Positions 14,141 to 27,278 of a DNA stretch of 64,000 nucleotides are shown in pieces (position 1 is the stretch's first letter; each line of letters starts with the position of its first letter). The notes below the pieces were generated by a model. It was not told the origin of the DNA. It saw only the letters and a list, made by a program, of their open reading frames with translations, and ran no database searches. This DNA is from the human T2T-CHM13v2.0 reference genome, Homo sapiens, in NCBI RefSeq assembly GCF_009914755.1, contig NC_060929.1; one strand, given 5' to 3'. Position numbers and translations under genes: made by a program.

Positions 14141-14184
14141 ATGCGAAAGCCATGGAGTTGAGCTGCAGCGAAGCACCTCTTTAC
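14141..14184 (+). other. ARHGEF28: 44-nt internal exon (11 nt 5'UTR + 33 nt CDS) with splice sites
   Basis: Acceptor cttctcttgtttattattttcattgcAG ends at 14140; donor TAC|GTAAGT starts at 14185. Confidence 0.9.
14152..14184 (+). CDS. ARHGEF28: First coding segment of Rho guanine nucleotide exchange factor 28 (RGNEF/p190RhoGEF): MELSCSEAPLY, ends in phase 0
   Basis: ATG GAG TTG AGC TGC AGC GAA GCA CCT CTT TAC in strong Kozak context (gccATGG), followed directly by donor GTAAGT (14185-14190). Peptide matches the ARHGEF28 N-terminus as I remember it. The next residues (GQMMIY...) were not seen in the window, consistent with a long downstream intron. Confidence 0.93.
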
Positions 14185-14904
14185 GTAAGTTGCTAAGCAC
14201 GGGGCTTCAGGTCCAAGGGGCCCTTTCTTAACTCCAAACCATGTGACTGAAGTGGGGAGAAATGTTTTTCTTGCTATTGAGTTAAGGCTTTTTAAAAACA
14301 ACACACTGAGCGTTACTGTCTAGTTCAAGTATTTGCATGGAGCCTTTTAAAACTGGTTGGCTCCTGTTTTAAACTCTGGATTTTATATTTCCCTCAGTAT
14401 TTTTTTAAGTGTGTAATTTCTGGATTCAAACACTCAGTTCACTCATATGAGTGGTGTGTGAATATATTATTTTATGATAATATCCTGATAATAGTCAAGA
14501 ACTTTTCTATGTGTGTCTTTTTGAGGGGAAGGTTTCATGATAATTGTGTCAGCTAAAAGTATGAAATAAGAATTCAAACAAAAAGTGTTGGGACATAAAC
14601 AGAAGTGGGAGTTGGCGCTGGGGGGGACAGGAATGCCCAAGGAGATTTGTACTTAGATGTGCCATCTAGGCCCAGGAGGATGCCATTCTGAGAACAACTC
14701 CTGGGGGTAACAGGGAAGTGAACAGATTGTTTCCTCACACAGAAAATGGCAGATGGCCTCATCTTTCCTCCTTCCTTCTGATTTCAGACAAAACTTCCTT
14801 TCTTGGGAAGGAACTGTGTTGGTGTGAGGTGGGGCCTGGGCAGGTGGGCCTGGGTGTGTGAGGAGACTGGAGTTTAGAGCAAAATTTCAAGGAATTGAAA
14901 CAAA

Positions 14905-15220
<316 letters not shown>

Positions 15221-15797
15221 GGAATTGGAACAAATTTAATCAGAATCCTCAATTGATGAGAATAGATTCATCCACTTCCCACACTTCACTACCCAGCCAA
15301 GTGCCTACTCACTCACCCTCACTCCCTTCTACACATGACACATACTTCTCTGGAGGAAGACAGAGTCATAAACCAAATTGATTCCAGAATAGTAGAAAAG
15401 CTGCCCCTTGAGTTGCCCAGTGATCTCTAGTACTCTCTCTAGGTTGTGATTTTCAGGCCATAAAATGTGCCTGTAGACAGTTGGGTTTGGCCCAGACATG
15501 ATTAAAGATTAAAAAAAAGGCTGGACTGAGGCTAAATTGTAAAGTACTCCCAAATCTTACTGCTGTTTTTTCTGTGTGTGCCTTCCTATTCCTCACTCAT
15601 TCCACCCTCCTCCCCTACCTCAAAACAGACAAATCCACAAGCCTAATCGTGATAGAAGCCTTGTAGCTGACCGACCTCCTCATGTAGCTATTTTGACCAT
15701 AGACTTACTAGATTGTGACCAGATTTGGGGAAAAACCAATACACATTGCCCAAGGAGAGAAGAGATTTAAATGAACCAAATAAAAACAAAAACAAGT

Positions 15798-16121
15798 TTT
15801 TCTTTTTTCTTTTTCTTTTCTTTTTTTTTTTTTTTCGAGACGGAGTCTGGCTCTGTCACCCAGGCTGGAGTGCAGTGGTGCGGTCTCGGCTCACTGCAAG
15901 CTCCGTCTCCCGGGTTCACGCTATTCTTCTGCCTCAGCCTCCTGAGTAGCTGGGATTACAGACACCGCCACCACGCCCGGCAAATTTTTTTTTGTATGTT
16001 TTTAGTACAGACAGGGTTTCACCGTGTTAGCCAGGATGGTCTCGATCTCCTGACCTCGTGATCTGCCTGCCTCGGCCTCCCACAGTGCTGGGATTACAGG
16101 CGTGAGCCACCATGCCCAGCC
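15798..16121 (-). mobile_element. AluY, full length
   Basis: cactgcaagctccg, gggttcacgc, accgtgttagccaggatggtctcgatctcc; many CpGs retained. Confidence 0.95.
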
Positions 16122-16246
16122 AAAACCAAGTGTTTCTAGTTATTAAAAAAATGCTGATAAGAGTAAAATGAAAAGTACAGGAAAGTGTTAAGAAAATAAG
16201 TCATAATCTCACCCCCATGGATAATGTTATTATATTAAAATACTAA

Positions 16247-16675
16247 TATATTTTATCATTTTTAAGGTGTAATTTTTCTTCTCATTTTAACATCTCTAAA
16301 ATTGAGATGCTCTTACATTCACTGTGCTTCCTGGCAGATGTCATTACCTACACGTGTGTGACCTTGGTTACAGGGGTTCATATTGTTGTCATTTCAGTTT
16401 ATTTATATACCTTGCTGGTGCTACATAAATTAATTGCTTTCAAAATGACTTCACCATGATCTAGCATTATAAGGCAAAGTTACTATGTAACTAGAAAGAC
16501 TTGGAAATAACAGCATGTTACATGATAAAATCTATGTATAGATTAATTTAGAAAAGGTCTTTTAATAAATATAAAATTCTAGGTAATTAAAAATTACATC
16601 CTAGTTGGCATTTTTTCTAGTAGAATATTAAATGTATATTATAAATAATGATATCTTAGATAAAATATATGAAAT
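16247..16675. mobile_element. TcMar-Tigger remnant (Tigger12/13-like)
   Basis: cattttaacatctctaaaattgagatgctcttaca at the left end and atcttagataaaat at the right end resemble degenerate Tigger termini. Confidence 0.45.
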
Positions 16676-17971
16676 ATATTTAACATAACTGACTCTTACT
16701 ACATATGATAGAGTATATAACATTTTTTAATTTAATTTAACATTTCTGGTCAATATTATTGCAAAATGAATTAAGCCAATCTAGCCACTTGGCCTCATCC
16801 AGCAAGAGGTCATTAGAGATATGTCATAATGAAAATGAGTCTTAAACCAAAATCTACCAAATGGGTAATGTCGTGCAGACAGAGCAGACTCAAAACTGTC
16901 CTACAATTTGTTTCTGTATTTTGGGGAAGAACCTGCTCTCTGCCCTTCTATCTTCAGAGGTTTGGTAAATATTCACTTCTAGTTTCTCTTAGTTTACTAA
17001 ATTTTTGTTCATAAGCCCTTAATATTTTTTCTTATTTATATATATTTATTGTAAAATATTAGAAAGAGACCCAGCAAAAAGAAAAAATTAAAACCTCATG
17101 TTTAATCCCATGGTGAATGATAAGCTCTGTTGACATTTTGATACAGATTTTTCCAGAGTTTTATCTATATCTCTGTTGAATTTTATCAAGGGTCCTTTTG
17201 ACATTTATTTAGATGATACAGTGTTTTCTCATTTGATAGTGATTTATTCAATCTCTTAATTTTGGTGACTTTATGTATGTACTTCAAGTAATCCTACTTA
17301 GTTATTTTGACTATTTCTTTTGGAAAAACAAAATAACTCTGGCAAGTGTGTAATAAAGATATCCTCTCCATTGGAATTTGTGAAGAATCCATTACATATT
17401 GGGAGGCTATATTAAAATTATAAAATAACACTATGCATAATTGTATGTTAATGCACTAGAAAATCTAATTACAACAGACTTTTAAAAATATATAAATTAA
17501 TAAGATTTACCTCAAGGACAATTAGATTACGTAAGTGGAACAATAATCAGGAAGGAAAAAAATTGATTGAAATTATTCCCCAATTTCTACCCACCTCTCA
17601 AAAAAGGGCACCTCATTCAGATAGGTCTTATAGGTGATTTTTTATTCCTTTGCTTATAACCTGTTTTGATGGAATTCTTATAACATTTTTATGGCTAAAA
17701 TTCTTCTTTGTCTCTATTTGTCGGGTCACTTTAGAGAATCTTTCCTGAAGATGATAGACATCTTTATACCTATAGAAAAATCTATGGATGTAAATATTTT
17801 CTTAAATTCCCCATGCATTTTGCTTGGATTGATAAAGAACATTTTTTATTTTTCTTTTTAAAGATTGTTTCTTCCACTATTGTTTTCCCCTTCTAGACAG
17901 AACAACTAATATCCAAAGATTGGATTGTTTTTTTCTTTATGGGGAGAGAGGAGGGTTGCATTCTGGAAGGC

Positions 17972-18257
17972 TTTTTTTTGAGATGGAGTCTCACTCTGTC
18001 TCCAGGCTGGAGCACAGTGGCACAATCTTGGCTCACTGCAACCTCAGCCTCTGGGTAAGTGATTCTCCTGCCTCAGCCTCCTGAGTAGCTGGGACTACAG
18101 GTGCATGCCACCACGTTCAGCTAATTTTTTTGTATTTTTAGTAGAGACGGCATTTCACCATGTTGGCCAGGATGGCCTCGATATCTTGACCTTGTGATCC
18201 ACCCACCTCGGCCTCCCAAAGTGCTGGGATTACAGGTGTGAGCCATCACACCAGGCC
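17972..18257 (-). mobile_element. AluSc-like, full length, short tail
   Basis: Two arms; ccaggatggcctcgatatcttgaccttgtgatcc. Confidence 0.93.
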
Positions 18258-18639
18258 AATAATGTTTATCTTTGTTTTCCACTTAAGTTTTCAGTAGCAT
18301 CAAGTTGTTTTGTTCCTTGCTTGCCAGCACAATTTTAGATTCTATCACTTTTAGTTTTTATGTAGCTTTGTCAAATCTTGGCCTTTTTATGCCCACGTAG
18401 TTTTATAGAGATAATCTTTTACATTTTATTATGAGCACAAAGCAAGAATTAAATTTTTGTTTTTCTGTACCTTTCAGGAATCTGTTTCAGAAGGAGGTGC
18501 AGTCTTTGGCTCTGTCTCTTGTGCTGTAGAATTTTTTTGGCTCATTTCTGTTTGCTCATTTTTAGGAAGGAGACTCTATTTTCTTCTTGGAGATATAGTA
18601 ATATTCCTGAACTCAGCCACAGATTCAGTTAAATTTTTA

Positions 18640-18810
18640 TTTGATTTATTTTTTTAAATTTATTTTGAGATGGGGCCTCACTGTTGCCCAGGCTGGAGTG
18701 CACTGGCATGATCTTAGCTCACTGCACCCTCGACCACCTGGGCCCTAGCAAGCCTCCTGCCTTAGCCTCCCCAGTAGCTGGGACTACAGGCACATGCCAC
18801 CATGGTCAGC
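18640..18810 (-). mobile_element. Alu right monomer (FRAM/AluJ)
   Basis: gagatggggcctcactgttgcccaggctggagtgc...gccaccatggtcagc. Confidence 0.85.
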
Positions 18811-19714
18811 TTTAGTCTAATTTTTAAAAGAATCCATGGCAGTTCCCTGAGTTGCAGTTGCAGAAAAAGAGAAACACTACTAAGATCAGAGAAGAAGCAG
18901 GAATTGGCAAGACTGGCAGCCAAGAGCTTTATAATATCACTTTGTGGAACCTAGGGATATATATGAGCATTGCAAATCCAATTTTTAGTCTCTAAGCAGC
19001 TTCCTGCATTCGTGCTTGAAAAGAAACTGAAGGAGCAGCACTGGAAGGCTAGTCTGTTTATTCCAAGGAGAAAAAGAAAAAACAAAAAAAAAAAACACCA
19101 GAGGCCTGCAGTCTGGTTTGAAGTCTAGGCTTAGTTTTTAGACTGAATGGTACAATAGTATTAGGAGGTGTATTTTAAGCTGGAAAGAATTGTGGTGGTG
19201 AAGCTAATGAGAAGTGCAAAAGCCTGGAAAAGGGTAAGTTAGAATCAGTGGAACCTAAGGTGTTTATTTTTCTGGCTGAAAATTCTTCAGTTAACACCAC
19301 TTGGGAGCTTAAAAGTTCTGTACTGGAAATTATAAAGATATTTTTATTTTGGTTTTATTTTTAAATTAATTATTTTATTTTAAAATTTCACGTTGCCGTG
19401 AGAAAGTAGATAATTTTATTTTTAGATTATTGCTCTTAGTCTTCTTTTTCCTAGTTTGTGTGTAAAAAGAGATAGGAAACGATGCAAGGACAGCTTAAGA
19501 GGAGAGATTTTGCTTACTGGGCATTTAATTAAACTTTGAGAGAGGAAGAGATTTTGCATTTACAAGCCAATTTGTGTTTTTGCTAATGAATGCTTTTTGA
19601 TTACATTTTATATTGAGTTTTCTCTACATTTTGTAAATCAAGGAGAATTATAAAACAAATACCTATTCTACTTATTTATCCAAGAGCTCCTTTTTTTACA
19701 TTAATTATATTTTA

Positions 19715-20018
<304 letters not shown>

Positions 20019-20247
20019 AGCTGTTTGTAAAGTATAATTAATGCTAGTCTTTCTGAAATATCAGTTTAGTGCTGTGAATAAAACAGAAAAGTCTTGCTTG
20101 AGAAATTGTTGGTTCCGAAGATTTTTCCATTTTTCCTCAATTAAAATGGCTTTATTTAAAATGATTAAATAACACTTGCTTATTATAAAGAATATAATAG
20201 TAAGTAAAATTATTAAAAAGAAAGTGAAGATCAGTTGAAGTTCCACC

Positions 20248-20537
20248 TTTTTTTTTTGAGACAAATTCTCGCCGTGTCATCCAGGCTGGGGAGTGTAGTG
20301 CGATCTTGGCTCACTGCAGCCTCCACCTCCTGGGTTCAAGCAATCCTCCTGCCTCAGCTCCCAGAGTAGCTGGGACTAGAGGCATGAGCCACCACACCTG
20401 GCTAATTTTTGTATTTTTTGTAGAGATGGGGTCTTGCCATGTTGCCCAGGCTGGTCTCAAACTTCTGGGCTCAAGAGATCCACCCACCTTGGACTCCTAA
20501 AGTGATGAGATTATTGGCATGAGCCACTGTGCCCAGT
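20248..20537 (-). mobile_element. AluJ, full length
   Basis: ttttgtagagatggggtcttgccatgttgcccagg...ctgggctcaagagatcc. Confidence 0.92.
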
Positions 20538-20605
20538 GAAATTCTCCTTTTTAGAGAACTTTATTAGTATTTTGGTAAACACTAAAATTTGTTTGGCAAA
20601 TGTGT

Positions 20606-20631
20606 ACACACACACACACACACACACACAC
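20606..20631. repeat. (AC)13 microsatellite
   Basis: Direct read. Confidence 0.95.
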
Positions 20632-20761
20632 TCATGATATTTCATAAGGAATTATACGGGAATGCTGTTTTTATTATAATGGACAGGACCCCATTTCCCC
20701 TCACCCCCATTTTATAATTCCCGTTCCTGTACTCTGAGCTAACCCTTAGAGTCATCTCCTG

Positions 20762-20930
20762 CAGGGGTTCTTAGCAGCATCAGCATCCCTAGGAACTTGC
20801 CAGAAATGCAAATTCTCAGACCTCATGCTGGACCTACTGAATCAGACACTCTGTGGATGGGGCCCAGCAATCTGTGTTTTAATAAAACTTTCAAGTGATT
20901 CTGCTGTGTGCTAAAGATTGAGAACCATGG
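20762..20930. mobile_element. MER5A (hAT-Charlie MITE)
   Basis: cagcagcatcagcatc-like start, agaaatgcaaattctcag, acctactgaatcagacactctg, cagcaatctgtgttttaa, ttgagaacca. Confidence 0.85.
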
Positions 20931-20934
20931 ACTT

Positions 20935-21330
20935 AGTGCAAACATTTTCATGTTCTTCTGTATTCATATATACATATACAAGCTTTAGTAGAAGGATCAT
21001 ATTATGTGGACTTCTGTATCTTTTCCAACTCAGTGATACTTTGTATAAACTCCTATAAGCCATCAGACATAGCTCAAACTCACTCTAATTAATGAATAGG
21101 TATGGGTCAAGCTCATTCCCTATTGATGGCCATTCACTTTGTTTCAGTTCTTGGCAATCATGAACAATTATTCACCAGACATCCTGTCCATATGTCCTTA
21201 TATGTTGATACTTTCATCTCTATGGGATAGATTCCTAGGAGTAGAATTGCTGGATGAAGGGCATACATATTTTAAATTTTAGTGGATTGCTTTGCAAATG
21301 AGATCTAATAGTTGACATTTTATTCAGCAA
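20935..21330 (-). mobile_element. Old L1ME-type fragment
   Basis: ttccctattgatggccatt...ggatagattcctaggagtagaattgctgg...catacatattttaaatttt. Confidence 0.65.
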
Positions 21331-24134
21331 CTTTCAGAAATATTTAATGTCTATTTCTTTAGCTTTAATAACTGATAATTATGTAGCTGGGGATTATGTT
21401 CTCATTTTCATTGTGCAAAGAAAGGAGGGATGTTAAATTTTGTATGTTGATTAAGTTGGTGAAGGGTTAGAAGTGTCCTTTATTTCTCCCATTTCTCAAA
21501 TTCTGACTAATATGAGCATCTATTAGTCAGAATTTGACTAATCCGTGGAGATTTTTTTTAACATCTGCAGAGGGTGCATGTGTGAGACTGTGTGTGTGGG
21601 CTCTTGCTCCCTTCCACCCTTCTGAGGTGCTGTGCAGACATGTTAATCATAGCCACTGACTGAGAAGAGTGTAATCACTTTTTTCTCTGGAGGCTGCAAA
21701 TTGTATAACCATTTGGGCAGTGGGAGTTTTTTGCTTCAGTAGCTTGTTTCCAGCTGGATCTAAGATACTTCGCTATTCCCTTAGCATTTTATGTTTATAT
21801 TATTCTTTTATTCTGAGTCACTGTCTCCTGCTGTGTTTGGTCCCAAGAATGTTGGTTGCTGCTGGGCTCATTGTGGGTGTTGAAGGTATAATCTGATGTC
21901 TAGAGGTAGTGGGGGAAACTCTATCCTATTCAGCCTTTTCTAATTTCTGGATGTTGGTATAGCTTCCATGAATACTTGGTGGAGCATGCTCCCCTTGGTC
22001 CCAGCCTTCTGCAGGGAGGGCCGGAGGACAGGGCCCAAGTTGTCTGGATGGACTCTTCCCCAGCTCAGGGAAGCAGCTTCTTATTGAGGTAGTAAGTGAC
22101 TTGGTGGCTTTGTTCTGGGGTCACCCAGCAGGGGCCTTCTTCCGGATCCCTGCAGATTCCCTGTGGCTTTTGGGTCCTGTGGAAGGAAATCCTGTCCTCC
22201 AGACACTGCCCTTCTCTCTTGGTGGCCCTCCATCCCCCAGTGGGCTACCTATGACTGGCCTCATGCCCATCAACTCGAAATATTAGTCTATGAGGGCATC
22301 TTGGGGACCTTTGCCTGGGCACCCTCACTTTGCTGATGAGGAGATTAGTCTCCAAGAGGGAGATTGACTGGCTTGACTAAGTTAACTCAGCTGGTTTGAC
22401 ACTCTGGATTTTAAAATGCTCTATTAGAAGTCATAAGAATAATTTTTTTTGACTCAGAAAATTTGTTAGTGGCAGATCCCACAATAAGCCTGGGGTTTTC
22501 CGACCTTCACTGGTAACGACCTTCCCCACTGCTCTGCCACATCTCCATTTCCTCATTGACCAAGTACTCAAAGGCACCATTTTATCCTTTCCTGTCCTGC
22601 AACTGCCTTTGAGCTTTCTGACATGAATGGGGCTCCTTCATGGACCTTAAATTAAAGGGTCTCTCTTTTCTTTTATCTCACTAGAGGATGCTGCTGGTAA
22701 CTATGTCTAGGCAAGCCCTGACCTTCTGAAGCTCATTTGCTCACAAGAAGCCAGACCTATTAATTGATGGTCATTTGCTCCATTCAGTTCTTCCCAGCTC
22801 AAAATAATAGAAATTTTCATTAGCTCAGGTGTCAGAGGGTGGTAGGTAAGGGTGTCTTTCAAAACAGGTTAGTACAGCTAAGTCCAGCTTAGCCAATGGA
22901 ATCGGGCAGGGCTTTTGCCTGAATGCAACTTCTAGATCACGTGTTTACTTTGTGCAAATTTGTTTTTAGCGAATTATATTAACTTTACTTGTGTCTTTAT
23001 TTAAAACACAGCAGCATGTGCATCTCAGAGGATTGCCACCTGCTGGGGTGTTTCTGCCATTGTCAGTTAATCTGTGCTCCCTGAAGTTGGTTTTCTTTGC
23101 TGGCTTTTGTTTTCTACTAACTTAACTTGACCTTTTCCTATCCTCTCTGAATGGCCTTGCTTTTATCTCTTTGCCTTGTCTCCTGTTTTCCTTCTGAGGG
23201 GGCAAACAAATTCCAAAGCAGCATGTTCTAGCCATAGAGCAAAGAGAGGACCATGGTAACTGTTTTACCCAGCCTGGCCAGCAGCCACGAGATGTCAGTT
23301 CCTGGGAAGTCTGAAGCTCCTTAGCTGCTGCAGGAGATTGCTTGGTAGTTCTGGCAGGAGCAGAGAGGAAAAGCTTCTCAGACTTTAGCAAAACCTTTGA
23401 CTTACAAACATTTTACAAATCCTCCATTAGCTTCATCCCATTTCACATTTTGAAAGAAACAGTTCCCTCTTCTCTCAATACAATGCCACTTTATGGTGCC
23501 CCCTCCTACTGTCACAACTGAGATGATAAGCTTCTGGGGAAAGGCCCAAAGGTGAATATACAACTACAGAAGACCACAGGAAGAGTCAGCCTAGCACCCA
23601 GCTTTGAAGAAATTTCTTAGTGGGTGTGAGTTTCAGGTCCGTGGGTAAGTAAGTGCCAAGTGTGCTTAAAGTCTGATGCTGCCTCACTTCCTGTATTTCA
23701 GTGACAGCTCCCACAATTTGGGTGGTGTGCAGCCTGTATTTTTAATAAAGAACTTGAAGTAGCCGATATTTTTGTTCTGTTTGAGTTTTTAAAATGTTTT
23801 ACCATCTAAGTAAGGATTTTAGGCATGATGGAAATGGGTTAGAGTTTTCTCTGGGAGAAGCCTCAGTAAAAGAAATAACGTGATCCAGGTAAAATGTTTT
23901 ATTTCCATATTCCAGAAAGGCAGCCCTTATAGAAGATGTGATTTAGCTATACTACCTTCTCAGCAGTTCCTCCTGCTTACACCTGAGGAGGGTGTGCATG
24001 TTTTAAATAAGTGTCTCTAGCTCTTGCCTTCTTTTCCTCTCCATATCTTGATGCTGTTACTTTTATCAAAACGGATCTTATGAAGGTCACTAAGTTTGCT
24101 CTTGCTTAATCTAAGGTGTTTATTTTCTCAAGTC

Positions 24135-24570
24135 CCCATTTAGTGCCATGCACTGTAAGAGCAGAGAGTGAGAAACAAGGTCTCACGTCCCTGCTCTCGC
24201 AGAATGCACTTGGGAGTAGGAGACAGAAAGTAAGTAGGTAAACGAATAAACAAATAAGAATTTCAGATGGTAGTATGGGTTAGGACAATACAAGGCTATG
24301 ACATGGCAGAGAATTGTGTGTGTGTGTCATTAGTCTCTCTGGGATCTCCTGGAGAGCAGTCTAGTAGAGGGATCAGAAAGCACGAAGGCCCTGGAGTGGA
24401 AATGAACTTTTTGTATTTGAGGGACAACAAAAGGCCAGCATGGCCCTTGCATTGTGAGGGAGGGGAGAGGAGAGGAGACAGGTCAGAGAGGTGGGAGGGG
24501 CCAGGTCATGCCCATAGGTTGGTGGGGGAGTTGCATGATTTGATTTATGTTTAAAAAGTGTACTTTCAAT
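24135..24570 (-). mobile_element. L2 fragment
   Basis: gtccctgctctc...ggagacaga...gaaggccctggagtggaaatgaac...aaaaggccagcatggc...gatttgatttatgttt. Confidence 0.7.
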
Positions 24571-24599
24571 GTTCGTGAACTCTGCTGGTTCTTTTTCAA

Positions 24600-26095
24600 G
24601 TTATCTCTTTGTCTATTGTGCTTTCCTCTCCTCTGTTGTGTGGGTGTTCCCCAGGGCCCTCTGCTTTCCCCTCTTTTTCTCGCGAGCTCATCTATTCTTG
24701 TTATTTAGACCACCACTCCTCCTGAAAGACTCCCACATGTGGGCCCTCTCGTCTTGACCTCTGCCCAGGCCTCGTCTTCCATTTCCAGCTGGCCTGTTTG
24801 CTATTATCACTCAGTTAGCCAGGATTTGACTTTAAGTTCAGACTGTTATATTTTTTAAAACTTTTCCAAGTTTTCCTCTAAGCAACTCCTCTTTCCAACT
24901 TCCTGATTTCTGTTACCATCCCACCACTCTCCCAGGTGTCCTGCTTTAAGTTGAGTTTTTGTAATTCCTCCAACCTTTGTCCTCTGTCTTGATCAGTCAT
25001 CAAGACCTGCTGATGGCCATGGCTGTCCTCTCTCTCTCCTCAGCCATTGTTCTAATTCACCTTTGGATTATTGCCCCTGGCCTCTTCAGAGTTGCCATTT
25101 TCTCAGAACTGGTGAAGACTTTATCATGTCTTTCAAGTATTATTTCCCTACATTCATCTCGCAACTCGCAGCCATATCATTTATCTGTTCTAATCAGACA
25201 AGTCCTCTCTACCCTAGTGGACTTTCCTCATTCTCTTATTTCTAGGACATCACCCAAGCTGTTTTCGTTCCATATCCAGGAATGCCACTAAGGTAGGAAT
25301 GGGATGCAATATGGTATGTTGGTTATGACCTTGGATAGCTATGCATTTGGCCGTGCATCCTCTCCGGAACGCAGATTGTTACCCTTCATTACATTGCAAT
25401 ACCTAGTGCAGTGCCCAACGCACTGTAGGCTTTCACTAAACGTTTGTGGATTGAGTTTCTGGAGAATCATTGAGGGGAGGCAAGCTTGCTCTCTGACCCT
25501 TTATAGGAGCATTCCAGGCAATGGCTGTGGTCATTAGGGGGAGGGTCCCATTGACAAAAGTGTTGATAATTAAAGATGATTTGGGGTCACATATGTAGGA
25601 CTGCAGAAACCCTTTACGCCATAAGCTCCAGCCATACCCTTCTGCTCTCAGTTCTTCGTGAATGCCATGCTTCTTCCTGGCCAGGACCTTTGTATGTGCG
25701 GTTGTCTTCACCTAGCATACTCTTGCTTCCTTCCCCTTTGTATAATTGAATTCTTACTCATTTTCCAGATTTCAGCTCAAATGTCACATCCTTAATATAG
25801 TCCTCTAGACATTTTCTATTTTGAGAGAGTATTGTTGTTATTGTTTTGTTTAGTGTCCCTTCTATTGTAAGCACCAATACAACAGAGACTCAAACATTCA
25901 ATTAAAATTTGTAATTTGTCTTTATAAACGAATATTCATTTTCAATCTAATTTTGTTTTTATAATTTTATTCCTTTTCTGAAAGGAAATCCTTCCAATGG
26001 CATAATCTTCTAGTGGACAATTGTTTTTGTCCACTGATTTTCCAACACTAGTTTAGTGCTTGGCATGTATTACATAATAAATATTTGTTGAATTA
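24600..26095 (+). mobile_element. Cluster of degraded L2 fragments
   Basis: gggtgttccccagggc; cagctcaaatgtcac; 3' ends cctagtgcagtgcccaacgcactgtagg and gtgcttggcatgta...aataaatatttgttgaat. Confidence 0.55.
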
Positions 26096-26662
26096 GTACA
26101 CAGTTCTAATTTAGTGCCATTCAATAAACAGCGGTTGAGGCTCCTCCTGGAGCACTCTTTAATTTTGTTGTTTGCTTATTTCTGTACTGTGAGTTTTCCC
26201 AGCAGGTATGTGACCATCACTATTTTGGGACTGGGACTGTCATTTGAGTTTTTGTATTCCAGCTGCACGAAGAGATAGAGAGATGGTCCAGCAGGAAGGT
26301 GCTGTCATCATAATCTTCAGTAAATTTGGAGGTTTGGGGAACATGTCTCAGAGTTTGAAACTTAACATTTTTAAGGTACTATATGGAATATGTAAACATT
26401 ATGCAATAAAAAATTAAGGAAGTCTTTTCGAGGTAGACAATTCCTGGCTGAGAACTAGAACTTAACAGGAAGTTTTGTTAAAACTGTAGGGAATGAAAAG
26501 CTTACTTTATCAGACAGGAAGTTCCTGAAGAATCTCCTAACTCAGAAAAGATTATCTGTGAACGATGTCACATGAACTCTTTTTACCCCCTTCTTTAGCA
26601 TTCTTTACTTAGTATCTCCCAGCACTTATAGTTACTGTAATTTGCATCTTTGAAAAAATCAT

Positions 26663-27074
26663 TATGTTAATCTGTTTTCCATTACTTATAATAGAATACC
26701 TGAAACTGGGTAATTTATAAGAAACAAAATGTATATCTTATAGAACTAGAAGCTGGGAAGTCCAAAGTTGAGGGGGCACGTGTAGTGAGAGCTGCCTTGC
26801 TAGTAGGGACTCTCTGAAGAGTCCTGAGATGGCAGAGGCCATCTCACCTGAGGGGCTGAGTGTGCTCACACGATAGCTCAGGTCTCTCTCCCTCTTCTTA
26901 CAGAGCCACCAGTCCCCCTCCCACAATAACCCATTAATCATGAATAGATTGACCTATTCATGAGGTCTCTGCCCTCATGATCCAATCACCTCTTAAAGGC
27001 CCTACCTCTCAATACAACCACATGTGGATTAAATTTCAACATGAGTTTCTGGAGGGGACATTCAAACCATAGCA
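26663..27074 (-). mobile_element. MaLR solo LTR (MSTC-like)
   Basis: gaatacctgaaactgggtaatttataag...gccctcatgatccaatcacctcttaaaggcc...cattcaaaccatagca; 5-bp flanks atcat/accat. Confidence 0.88.
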
Positions 27075-27278
27075 ACCATGAAGTTACTACCTTAGTTGAT
27101 TAGAGCATCTCATGGTGCCCTACAACATGTTTTCACACATTAGCCATTTCATCAGAACCACACATCGTTTGGCAGTGGAGATGAACATGGTGATGTTAAG
27201 TGACTTGCCCCATGTGCATTTGTATGTGCATTAATTCACATGACAGATTTTAAGTTTCAAATACTAAGTGAAATACAG

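Noticed and set aside
18450-18657. Strong acceptor tttttgtttttctgtacctttCAG (18477) followed by an open frame
   Set aside because: No convincing donor downstream, and it appears to lie in degraded repeat sequence.
26012-26035. 9-bp inverted repeat agtggacaa/ttgtccact
   Set aside because: Short enough to occur by chance in 64 kb.
26938-26963. Hairpin tcatgaatag...ctattcatga
   Set aside because: Inherent to the MST LTR consensus.
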